From: Ruditapes philippinarum
Taxonomy: Eukaryota
Assembly (NCBI RefSeq): GCF_026571515.1
Contig: NW_026852589.1
Span: 1-64,000 of the forward strand
DNA: 64,000 nt
Direction of reading: 5' to 3'
A program made the translations under genes and the position numbers. Below, one piece after another: positions 26,902 through 39,700 of the stretch; within the stretch, counting starts at the first letter, position 1; each line of letters opens with the position of its first letter. Below the pieces are notes generated by a model, which did not search any database, was not told the DNA's origin, and saw only the letters and a list, made by a program, of their open reading frames with translations.

Positions 26902-29801
26902 CGATGGCTCAGCGCAATACTTGTCTAACTGCTATTTTTGAAAATGTTCAGGAGAGACAAAAAACTGATTTTATTCAAAAATACTTATATTAGAAAATAT
27001 TTTTTTGCTATGTTAACATTAATTATAATAAGAAATAATGCCATTTATATAATTTTTTATTAAAGTATTACAAATTGTGTATTTTAGAGTTAGACCTCTA
27101 TTGCGCTGAAATTCTAAGCGCAATACAAGACTAACTTGAGTTAGACTCAAATTCCCTCTTGCAATTTGGTAAAAGTGGTACAAATATTTGAGTTAGACCT
27201 GTTTTATGTTAAATCTTCATATATAAATTTGAACAAAATTGTTTTGTTAATTTAAACATTGTTTAAAATATTTTGCAAGTCTGTAGAAGAACTTTACAAA
27301 GACTAAATCCTTTAATATTTTTCTATTAATATATCATGCTAGCTGTTTTTAGATGAAAGTACACTTCTATAATTCTTCTTTTTCAATTTGTTTGAGATTC
27401 AGATTTACTTAAGATCTTTTGCAGATTATCTGTGCAATAAATTTGAATTCTAACCAAATGCAAACAGTTTTGATTCATATAGTGTTATGAACAGTAGTCA
27501 TGAACAATGATGACTGACAATCCAGGTATACATTATGATATCATCAAAGTTTGAAAACAGGGATTAATGTACATTTTCTATAACTCACATTTGTACAAAG
27601 AAGAAACATTTTATTTTCTCAATGCACACCATTACCACCAATGGTGCTTAAATGCTGTGAGTCCGATATTACTGTTATGCGCTAAATCTTAATGAATTTA
27701 ATGTATGTGGTCCTCTGTTCTGATGATATAATCATTTATAAATATCAAATATTTTCAAAAATGACAGCCGCTGTTAGACCATGCTTTTATTACATATTTT
27801 GTATTTACTTTCTCAACTGTTTAGAGTATATTTTGAAAGTGAAATGTGCAAATTTTATGACATGTTTTGCTGAAAACTGTGCATATCTCAAGAAAAGTGT
27901 TTCATTTTATATATCAAAGTCATTTTACCTCTAAATTTTGACCGAATAACAAGAGGTTGTCAAACATATTTTAGAGAAAAAAGTAGTGCAGTACAACCCA
28001 CTATCAGGGATTCATAGAACAAAGTATTGTTAGCACATGATATAATTCAGAATCATTTTTGTAAAGTTAGATGTGCTTTAAACACTTGCAACCACTTGCT
28101 CATTAAGATATGAAAAGGCGCACACCGTGCACACCTTAGATTAGCACTAAACAATTAGAATGGATAAATGTTTGAATTTTCTCATTGACACTGATACTAT
28201 ACCAAAAGCAGTTGATAGTCATTACAATTTTAATTTCATTAAATGAGAGTCATTACATTTTTAATTTCATTAAATTTGATAGGTAAAATTAATGGCTTTT
28301 AGATCTAAAAAGAAACATTTTTATCAACTTATAGCTGTTTCTGCCACATAAGTCTAAGAGTTTTTGACAATTGCACTCGAGCTGTGTGATGTTATAATTT
28401 TAGAATACAAGAACTGAAAAGGTCATTATAATTTATAAGTGTGCATATTTTAATTTTTTCTGCACATATCACATTGGACAGAAAGATATTGTATCAATAA
28501 TATAAGTATTGTGAAGAGTGTGATTTGCACATGTTGACACTATGTTGTTTTTGTATTGTTTGAGTTGATAGTGTAAAGTTTATATTTCTAACACGACCCG
28601 CATTTTTCCCTATTGAACATAGAAGAACCGATTTCAAGTATGTGTTATAATGCTATAAAATTACTGTTTGACGTTCTATATTTAGACGTGTGACGTTATC
28701 ATTATACACGTGACGTAACCACTAAAAATGTGACGCACTGACAATAAGACCGTAAACAAATCAGGCGCAATTTAACTAAATATCAGGTACGTGTTACGCC
28801 CTCATGATATAATTCCTCGCATCCGAACTTCAAACAGTGATGTTAATGAGCAATAAAATCACAGTTTGGGATATATTATTTCTTAAATAACTTTACTTGA
28901 TTAAAGAGAGTGATACAGAAGTAGATACATAATCTAAAAATAAAAAGCCAAGAACGCCCTCAAACCTGAAATTGTTCATTGTGTTACAGGCTAAGTTTGA
29001 TTTGGCAGTGAAACAATGTACAGTCTACCCCCTTACATCATCTTAAGCAGAACAGATTATATAAATATGAACAAAGTGTAAAATTAAGAATTAGGAAATC
29101 TCAGCATATGATTAAACAAAGGTCAAACTAAAAAAAAAGAGAATTTTTAGAGGGGGATCAGAGGTTATGAATCCACTAGTGTAACACACGTTATTTTCCA
29201 TTTTAAATGTGTGCATGAGAAACTATAATACACTGGCTTTTACTAAATTGTACAAAAATGATAGTTTCAGCTACACTTTATGTTATCAAATAATACAGTA
29301 TGAGTATGATGTAATGACTTCAAAGACAAAATAAATGTTTAATTGTGACACTAAATTATTATTAATTTTTTTCAAGATTTTTCGTTTACAGTTACTTGTA
29401 CATGATATGCAATTGGCTAATATTTTGCGATTAATACAAATGCAAATAATTTCTAGTGTTTTCATGAATTCTCACATTCTTTATAACACATTTCAATGGG
29501 ATATGCATATTATTCTGTACCTGGAAATGAAACATTCAAGGTCTAACTCAAGCATTTTTGGGAAAGTTGATATATTAGACATCACAATAAGAGACCAACT
29601 CAAGTTAGACCTATATTGCACTGACAAAATTGAACTACCTGAGATAGACATTTATTTTAAATGTAAATAAAAAGGCAAAAAAAAGCATAAATTACCCTAA
29701 AATTTTCACAGAATGTGTATTTGACCTTATATTATCAAAATATGTAAAAAGGTGATTTTTGGTAAAAATGTCACTTAGACCAGTATTGCGCTGAGCCATC
29801 G
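26902..29801. mobile_element. 2.9-kb non-autonomous TIR transposon with an ATAT (Sola1-like AWWT) or TA target duplication
   Basis: TIRs CGATGGCTCAGCGCAATACT(T/G)GTCTAA at both ends, flanked by ATAT. Empty paralogous site at about 5180 (AATATTC-ACAA-GTGACAT). Subterminal GTTAGACC..TATTGC(G/A)CTGA repeats near 27088, 27115-27148, 29540 and 29604. Confidence 0.9.
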
Positions 29802-30132
29802 ATATGTGACATAAACATGTCTGATGTTTCACAATGATTGTTGTTTACATGAAATTTATTACATTTCATTCGCATAAACATAATCACAACAAAAATGCAT
29901 TTGTAATTTAAGTTGTTTTCTTAGCTTTCAATTTATTATCCCTGATTTTCCCTATTAATTTTAATTGCATTACAAGTCTTTCAAATATGAAAGTGTATTT
30001 TTTGATCAACACAAATATACAACCTTAATGACACTGTGTTGCATCCTCATACCTAACGATACTATCGAAATTTGTGTATAATCTTTCGTGTCATGCAGAT
30101 ATACATTACATGTTTTATACGTCGATATTCAA

Positions 30133-31917
30133 TTTTTATACCCCCGCCACAAAATGTGTGTATAATGGATCGCTTTTGTCGCGTCGGTCCGTTCATCCGT
30201 CACAATTATCATGTCCACTCTATAAATCCTATACCAATTGAAGGATTTTCTTCAAACTTGGCTTACATGTTCACCACAACAAGGGGATGTGCAGAACCTA
30301 TGTTGCCAATGAGTCAGCTTGGTCAAATATCGAACAACAATCAAATATTAGACATTTTGTCGTGACCGCTCTGTAAGTCCTACACAAATTGAAAGATTTT
30401 CTTCAATCTTGGCTCAAACCCCTTTTGCCGGGTTTAGGTCAAGGTCCCAATTGAAGGTCAAATATTGACTTATAAAATATTCTTAAATTTTAATATGTAT
30501 TTGAAACTTTCTGAAACTAAAAAAGGTATTTGCTTGAAGCTTAAAATACAAATGAAATGTCACAATTAAGATGTGTAGGTCAATTTTATAACTCACTATT
30601 GGAATATGACAAAATTATGCCCCCTTTGTAAGTCTTCAAATTTACATACAATCGCATATTAGACAATATGTCGTGTCCTCTCTATAAATCCTGTACTAAT
30701 GGAAGATTTTTCTTCAAACTTGACTCAAATGTTCAACTCAACAAGGTTATGTGCAAATCCCATGTTACCTTTGTGCCGGCTAAAGGTCAAGGTCACACTT
30801 GAATGTCAAAACTTGACTTAGAAAATGTTCTTAAATTTTAACTTGTACTTGAATATTTCTGAAACTAGCACAGGTTTTTGCTTGAAACTTAAAAAAATAT
30901 ATGAGGTGTCACAAGTACGATATGCAGGTCAAGTTTCATAACTCTGTATTGCATTTTGACAAAGTTATGCCCCTTTTTATGTCTTTAAATTTACATACAA
31001 TCAATACTACATGTACTAGACAATGCGTCGTGTCCGTTCTATTACTTCTATACTGTCTAATGGAAGGACTTTCTTCAAACTCGACTCATATGTTCAGCCC
31101 CAACTGGGCAATATGCAGAACCCATCTTACCCTTGTAAGCTTTAGGTCAAGGCCACACTTGAAGGTCAAAAAAATGTTCTGAAATTTTAACATGTACTTG
31201 AATATTTCTAAATCTAGAACAGATAATAATTTGAAACTTCAGATATATACGAAGTATCGCAAGTAAGATATTCAGGTGAAGTTTCATAACTAAAAAAAGT
31301 TGGTTTTTTTGGGGGGTGGGGGATAACTTTGTATTGTATTTTTACAAAGTTTATTCAATTTTTCTGTCTTTAAATTTATTTACCATAATATTTCATTTCT
31401 TAAACCAGGACAGATATTTTATTGAAACTTAAAATATAATATGAATCGTTACAAGCAAGCAAAGATGACGAAAAGTCTACAATTCCATTGAATAATACAC
31501 TAGTTATGCCCATTTTAGGCTTAGAAAATGTTCGGATATAACCATTAATACTTAAATGTTTCTGAAACTAGAACAGATATTCACTTGAAACTTTATAAAA
31601 TATAAAGGGTCACAAGTAAGCTCAGTATGCAAAGTGTTTCCACTCTTAATTACATGTTGACATAATTATGCTATTTTCTGAACTTCACTGCTTTTGTTTG
31701 TGAAAATTAAAGGTTATTTGTAGCTGTTTCGAACATGATTTGACAATAGATATTTATACTATTACCTGTACAATTAGTCTTTTTTTCACCAGAGATAATT
31801 TCTTTTTATATATATGTATGTGTGCAACTAAAGTTATTCCCTTAACCACCTTTCCAAGTCGTCTTCTGTCAAGGTCATTGGTGGGGGTATGAATCGCATT
31901 CACCGATAGTTTTAGTT
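30133..31917 (+). mobile_element. Non-autonomous Helentron (HINE/DINE-1-like) with an internal tandem-repeat array
   Basis: Starts TTTTTATACCCCCGCC with a nearby GTCC microrepeat. Sub-TIR GGGGGTAT at 31883, 3' hairpin ATCG-CATTCAC-CGAT, ends TAGTT. Internal repeats TTCTTCAAACTTG..GGTCAAGGTC at about 30250, 30400, 30710 and 31070. Inserted in a T-run that is uninterrupted in copy 1 (about 5497-5520). Confidence 0.88.
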
Positions 31918-33449
31918 TACTTTTTCTTTGCAGAAAAAAAAACTTCTTTAAAATAAGAAAACAAAATTGTAATAAATAATCAATAATATATTTTTTTGAA
32001 AAAGAATAAAAATACATATGTAAAAGCTACTTTTGAATCATGCTAAAAGCAAAGAAGTTATTGTATTGCCCCTCCCCCCCAAAAAACACAAAAAAAAAAC
32101 AATTAAATTTAAGAGCTGGCGTGATAGCATTATTATGAGTATAGCACAGATAACTTAATAAGACGAATACAAAAGAGTAAACACACTGATTCGTAACACT
32201 TAGTTGTAAAAAATCTTCTTACTTGTTTTCAATAAAATGTGATGTTTTTCAGTATTGGTAACATTTCTTCAATTCAACAACATTGTTGTTTAATAGATGA
32301 ACTTTTATTGTTATTAAACCAGTGTAGTTAAAGTGCTTAACTGATACATGACAAAATCATTTAAAGTGCATCTATTTTATATACAGGTCTTGATAGTACT
32401 CTTATAATTTTTTTAATTTAATTCTAATTAAAAAGTACTATGGAGTATAAATCACAAATTAGATATTTACTTTTTTAAATTATGTTGATATTGTTTACAA
32501 TAATTGGCAATAAAAATATGGATATATTTCCAATGCAAGTCTTGAAGCATTAATATGTAATATTTTCTTAAATGATAACAAAGGTAATCATCGAACTTTT
32601 GATGATTCGTTTCCAAACAATGAAACTTATTACAGAATGAACAATGTATGTACGGGAAATGTTATCTGTCTTGTGTGAGGGCTAAGTTTTTCAAAAAATC
32701 AACAGCGAAATTCCTTCTCATATGAAAGGTGAATTGAAATCAAATTTTAACGGGAAAGGCCCCTGAGAAGGTCTTCTGCAGATATAATTTATTAAATGAT
32801 TTTAAGTCTGATGCAAAAATTCACAAGAGCTTTTGAATAAATCTTCTTGACATCGCTTTCTCAGAAATCAACAATATCAAAGTGTTGTTGTTTTTGTAAA
32901 AGAAGCAATACCTTTTTAAAGCATCTCTATTAAAAACATGCCCTTAATTTTAAAAATGTGCCATTTTTAGAAGCTTTTTAGTATCTTTACATTTTTTCAT
33001 ACTTTTAAATTTTTCTCCTGTGAATTACTTATTTCTTATCATTCTTAATTATTTTTTGATTGAACAATAATTTGCGCAATATATCCGAGGGTGCGTTTCT
33101 ATTCAATTTTATTAGATCGACAATTATTAAACTGTTTTGATTTGTCCTTCCCATTGCTTTGGCAAATAAACAACTTCTAGAGTTAAATTAACTAAGTAAA
33201 ATTGTATTAAGTGTGTCTGCAAACGTTGTATTTCAACTTCGAATTTGTAAACTATTCCCGGCAAAGGAGATATATGATTTTTCTTTACATCATTGCACTC
33301 GTTAAAACGTTTATTTTACCTATTCAATTTTAATCAATGTACATGTCTTTATGCTTATAAAAAATATTATGTGTATTCAAAGATGATACTTAAAATTAAA
33401 TGAAATTAATTTTTTTGTCAGTTTATTCCTAAATAACTTTTTAACTCCC

Positions 33450-36400
33450 AATGCAGGAAATTTTTTTTACTGTTTTGGGTTTTGGAAATTTAAAAAAATT
33501 CCCCAAAAAAAATTTTAACTGATCAAGTTTTTTAAAACCCCCAGGGTTTTACTGGCTTTGAGTCCTTTAAAAAATACAATTTGTTAATCGCAAACATTCC
33601 CGACTAAATAAAATTTTATCAAGGAAAATTTTTTTAAAAGGATGAAGAAAAAAAACCCTCAAAATGGCCCCCCTTAGATCCCCTTTATCATTACATAGGT
33701 TTAAAAAATTAAAGGGGCAAATATATATTTTTCCAAAAAATTAAAAATATACGGATCAAAACACGAGGTTTATTTGTTTTTTAACAAAGGGAACCCAAGG
33801 GCGTATATTTTTAAGAGAAGCGAATGACAGCAAAAATTTTAAGCTAAATATCACCAATGTTTAAAAAATACTCGGGGTTCTTTTTGGATATTATAACAAT
33901 ATAGTCAAATTTTTTAAACAGTCTTTTTTGACTATAATATTACATTTGAAAAAATTTTATATTTTTAAACCAGTTTTCCAAAGAAGAGCATGTAGTTTTT
34001 CTACCCCAAAAAAAAAATTTAGTATTTTCCCGTTGTTTTTCAAAATATAAAAAGGCTTTGGTTTTCCAAAACATTTAAACTTTTTTTAACATTGAAAAAA
34101 TACTTTTCAAAAAGTATTTTAACTTTTCTCTTTAAAAAACGAAACTCATTTTTCAGTTATTTATAATATCATTAAAATTTTTTAATCCCATCTTCGTGCT
34201 TCTTATTTTTTGTCGGCATTTGTTTTTTTTGATATTCCTTGGGGTTTAAAAAGTAAATTTTTTTGCAAAAAAAATTTTTAAACAAACCAAGACTTTATTT
34301 TAAATTTTTCCGGGTTTTTTTAATTTTAATTTTAAACCTTTTAATTTCGTTAAGTCCACTTAGTTAGTATAAAACATCTTTTAATCAAAATATTACTGAA
34401 AAAGGTGTAGTTTTTTAGGGTTTTTTTGTATTTCTTTCCATTTTATTCATGTGAAAAGTTTTAAATCAGATTAAATATTTGGAAAAATCTAGCATGATAG
34501 GCACAACTTCTGTCCACATACGGCGTGTAATGAACACAAAGCATGAACTTTATTCAATAAGCTCAAACAACTTCCGACCAATGTTGTATACTGTAAATTG
34601 ACATTTTGCTCTATATCTAGTTAAACAAAATGTTATTGAACGTTGGAAACCTTTGCTGGTCTAAGGTGATATATCCAATCTAAGACTTCAATTGTGTTTT
34701 CAAAAAGCCACGTAGACTTTGAAAGAAATGACAAATATTTAGGTCTGATAAAATTATTGATTCCTATAAGTTGTTGTTGGCAAATAAATTTTTATTAACT
34801 ATTTGCTTAATTAGTTTTCAGTCGAATCATTCTAAAGAAAATCCATTTTTTGTTTTTAAATTTCGCGTTTGTATTTGTTTTATCCCCTTTAAAATTTTAA
34901 AAACCAGCCAAAATTTTTCCCCTTTAAAAATTTTTTCTTGGGGCCTTTAACCGTTTTTGGAATTTAAATTCTTATTTTAATTTTTAAAAACATTTAAAAT
35001 TTAATTTTTTAAATTTAAGGGGGCATTTTTTTGTCCAAAAAGGCCCAAAAGCCTGAACTTTTCCAAAATTTAAAAAGCTAAAAAAAACTTCCCGTAAATT
35101 CCCCTTTCTTTTAAAAATTTGAAAAAACCTTTAGGGTATGTGGCCGCTTTTTAAATTGCTTTTGGGGCCCCTTTAAAAAATTTTGTTTTTTCAAGGTTTT
35201 TAACCTCCTTTTTTTTTCCCCTTTTAAAATTATTTTATTTTAGTTTTTCCCCCGGTATTGTTTTTCGTTTAAAAAAGGGACAGGTTTTTTTTTACTTGGG
35301 GACAAATTTTTCCGGCTTTTTTCATGGAAATTTGGCCACTTTAAAAATTTTTAAATTTAAAAAAAAACTCCATTAATTTAACCCGAAAAAAAATGGGGGA
35401 ACCAAAAAAATCTGCGGATTTTTCCCAAAATTTTTTCAAAAATTGGGGGCCCAAATTCAATTTTTTAAAATTTTTTTTAAATTTTTTCTTAAGCCGAAAT
35501 TTTCTTGAAAGGGGGTGGACCGTAAAATTTTTTCCCCTTTAAAATTTTGTCCTGAAACAAGGGGGTTAAAAAACCCCAAAAACCCGGCAAATCATAAATT
35601 TTTTATTTAAAAAATTTTTGGACTTTCCTTTTGGGGGTTTTGCTTTCTCTATTTTTCCGGGCCAAAGTTGTATATTGTAAAATTTACATTTTTTCTCTAT
35701 ATCTAGTTAAACAAAATGTTATTGAACGTTGGAAACCTTTGCTGGTCTAAGGTGATATATCCAATCTAAGACTTCAATTGTGTTTTCAAAAAGCCACGTG
35801 GACTTTGAAAGAAATGACAAATATTTAGGTCTGATAAAATTATTGATTCCTATAAGTTGTTGTTGGCAAATTAATTTTATTAACTATTTGCTTAATTAGT
35901 TTTCAGTCGAATTGTTTCTAAAAAAATCCATTTTTCGTTCTTAATACTCGTGTAAGCCGAACATTTACTTTATGTACGAAAAGTTTGTTGAAAGTAAAAC
36001 AGACTGTTTTATATCGAATTAAACTCAATTTACTAAACAATTTGGATTTCAGAGGGAAACACAGCTTATGTTCAGTGATGCAAATATTCTTAAGCAATCT
36101 TATTTATCACCTATTTGTCACTGATATTTTAATATTTTTCATTTTTGTTAATGGTTACAGTTTTATGTCATTATTTCTCAGTTACAAACACGTTTTAACG
36201 TTTGTGTTTTTTCTTTGTTTTTTTTTCTATTCTGGTTTATGGTTTAACTTACAGTTAAATGATGTTATTTTCCGATTTTTTAAATTTTAAAATTTAAAAT
36301 CTTGGGTTTACATGTTTTTCAGCAATTTATAACTTTATTTTTTCAAATTTTTCGCCCAAAGTTTATTTTTTTTGGGGCATTTGGGGGGAAATTTTCTCTT

Positions 36401-36780
36401 TTAAACAAACTTAACTTTTCCCCAAAAATACTTATTGGGAAATTTCCATTTTTTAAAAAAATAAAAATGGGTCTCCCTTTTTTTAAAAAAAAGCTATATA
36501 AAGTTTTACCATCTTTTTTAGGCCCCGGTTTGGGAATATGAAAAAAATAACATTACAAAGACAACCTTCTTTACTTAATTTTTGTGTGACTGAACAGGGA
36601 AAATTTAACATAAAATTTTGAGTTTTAATTTTTACATATTAAAAAATTTTGGGAAAAAAAGGGGGGATCCCCTTTTTGCATGGAAAAACCACATAATTTT
36701 GAAAAAATGCCAACCATTTTCAAACAATACGAATTTTTAGGATTACAAAAATCCAACATTTTCCAACATATGAATAATTT
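33450..36780. other. Low-quality, homopolymer-inflated sequence with a local duplication (probable assembly artefact)
   Basis: Stretches at 33450-34400, 34860-35665 and 36250-36780 are made of A/T/C/G runs. The first still traces copy 1 (6750-7740). Segment 34583-34850 is repeated almost exactly at 35668-35935. Confidence 0.8.
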
Positions 36781-39700
36781 AATTAATGACAATTGTTTCA
36801 TGCCAATTAGATGGTTTCAAAAAGCTTTCAGCTTTCTACTCAATCTTTTTTCTCTCTTGGTGTTATTATATTGCGTATATATGTTTGATTTCAATGATAT
36901 ATTATTAAACTATTCAATACGAATCAGAAGATTTATAGAATTACATAAAGCGGCCTTCAATTTTACTAAAGGCAAAGTCTGTTACTACATATAATTGTTA
37001 AATCAAAAGAATTCAGGTGGAGAAAAAAGATTGTCGAGAAAACCCATCGATAGCTCTTTGATATAGCACATAATTTTATCCATCAGGAAATAGATAATAT
37101 CTTAAGAGCTGAATGCCGCTTTAAAATATTGCAATTAAAATTAAATCAAATTATATAAGAAAAAATAACGCGACAGAATATTCTCCTAAAACAATAAAAC
37201 AATTAAAAATATTTAAGAATAAAAAAGAAACGATAAAAAGAGCTATTACGTTAACTGTTAAAAACATAAAATGTGGTAATTATTTGCTATCGGCAGCAAA
37301 TAAATGTCCTAAAAAAAGAACAGTAAACTATAACTTTTAATTTAAACATGGCTTACATATTACCTTAGCTTGATTTGTTTATGAAATTACGAATATGTTA
37401 GATTCATTTTTTGGATAGGCTATAATGACAATGTAAAGAGAACAATACGTTACGTATTGCATAAAGGTACTAAAAACAGCAATATGTAGTAAGACACATA
37501 ATTTCAAAATGATAACATGCCGTCCAGTTGAATTTAGGTTAGAATGCAGCAACCTAGTAAACTTTGTATTTGATTACGAGATATTATAGCAATGTGTGTA
37601 AAAGTTTTTTCTAATTATCTATAAAAATGTTTATATGGTGTTAAAGTATCAAAACTATATATTGACATAATAGAGCTGTTTTCTTATCTTTACTCTTTCA
37701 GAAGGTATAAAAAAGCTATGATGTTTTTTTTTTAATTCGAGTAGAATTTGTATTTTTTTACTAATAACTGCATAATTATAATGCATAGAGTATGCGACAA
37801 ATTACCTGATTTCTAGACAAACCTAATCATTTTCTTCTACAAAAATACATGTACCTATTGTATTAGCAAAATTCATTAAGTATTCAACAAATTCGATTAG
37901 AGTACAAATCAAATGCAATTTAATCAATTAAATTTTAACCTTATATTAAATGATTGTATTAATCGGTATATATAACAGTCTTCTATCTACAAATTACATG
38001 TAATTCGGGAGTTGAATTATCTCAAAATTTAACTTTGCAGTAGCCAAAATAGTTTAGGTAATTCAAAAATATCATTGTAGGGTTTTAGTATTTCTTATTA
38101 TGGATCAATTGCCTGTTAAAAGCTTTTACAAGGTTCCGAAATTAAAAATGACGTGTTATTTGATTTTTTTACCTTATCAAACATGCTTTGCATATTGATT
38201 GGTTTTATAAATGAAAAACATGAAATTGTCTGTAAAATGCTTCTGCTTTAATGAAGTCTTACATTTAAAAATAGTTTATTTTCAAGTTTCGTCGCTCAAT
38301 ATTTTAAGTGTTAAGCTCCCTAGGTGCTGTGAGGTAAGATTATTGTTTGCTTTATTTAGTTGAATATCTCTCTCTGATCTGTACAAACAAGTTACAAAAG
38401 TTTAACAGTCCTCCCGAAGGCGTCCGTTCATTTACCATCAAGACATTTATTTTTCTCTTCTCTCAATACAGTTTCGATTTATTGTAGAAATGAAGCAACT
38501 AACTTAATCAAATATGTACTTTATCTAATGAATTAAATGTTCTCCGTTCACGGTAGTTTTACTAAATTAGGAACTTCATCAAAAACGAATAATATTGCGT
38601 TTATCCTGTAATGTAATGGATTGTAATAGTTGTAATACTTGTTTTTTCTTGTGTTTAATTCCATTGCAAACACATCTCGGTATTTCATAGAAATGTGTAT
38701 GAAAAATGGTAACTGGAGTGTCGGTTTTATCGACACTTAAATAGATTTAAAGATAATTTTGATACATTAAGTACACTTCCAATCACGGTGGTATCCAGTT
38801 AATAACAACTAAATTTACTTGCATCACTACGTTAATTTACCATTTGTTTTTCTTAGTATGACAAAACGACATTATTTTCAAAAATTATATCAATATTCCT
38901 GTTATTTTTTTCTATGTGTGTAACTTGATATTTGAAGTAATGTCAAGTAGGTGACTTGATATGTTGATTTATTGATTCTAGCCGTTTGTTCTTAAATATC
39001 AATTATCTCATCGTTTACTTATCTCCAACCAAACTATTTAGTATAAAAATTGTATTACTACATATTATAAATAAAAGTACTTTTTTCTTGTTGGCAAACT
39101 ACGTGCCAATTTGTTGGATGAAAGTACATTCAATTGTATTATGCCGAATTTAACACAGTTTGTTCAACAGTAACTAAACAGATTACGCTCAGTAATGCGA
39201 CCAATCTTATTGCTTAGTGACAAATCAATTTTAATGTTTACATTTAGGTGAATGGTTATATTATGACAAATAAAATGCTTCTTTCTGAATGACAATACAA
39301 CTTTTAACTTATTGGATTAAAGGAGAATATTAATGTGTCATTTCGAAAATTACACATCACAATCATTACTTCTATGATGTTTATGAAGATTCCATTATAT
39401 GTTTTCATTCAAGTAACTTCGAAAATCAAGAGAGTCATTCTTATACACGTTTAGTCAGGTAAAGTTGATATTCAACAATATTTGAATTAATTTCAATTAA
39501 TGAATTAATTAGCTATATCCAATGACATACTTGTTCATTTCAAACTAGGGTAGTTTTAAGGCATTCATCAAAACGTTGTTTGTAGTAAAATCAAATGAAC
39601 CGTTTTAAAGCTCAAATTAAAAATACATTTTAAACAAAACGAAGGACCTCAATGTGATTTTGTCAGAAACAATAATATCCCCGTACGCAGGAACAACTCC

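Noticed and set aside
35985-36994. F/K-rich ORFs of 79-104 aa
   Set aside because: They lie in or next to homopolymer-inflated, low-quality sequence.
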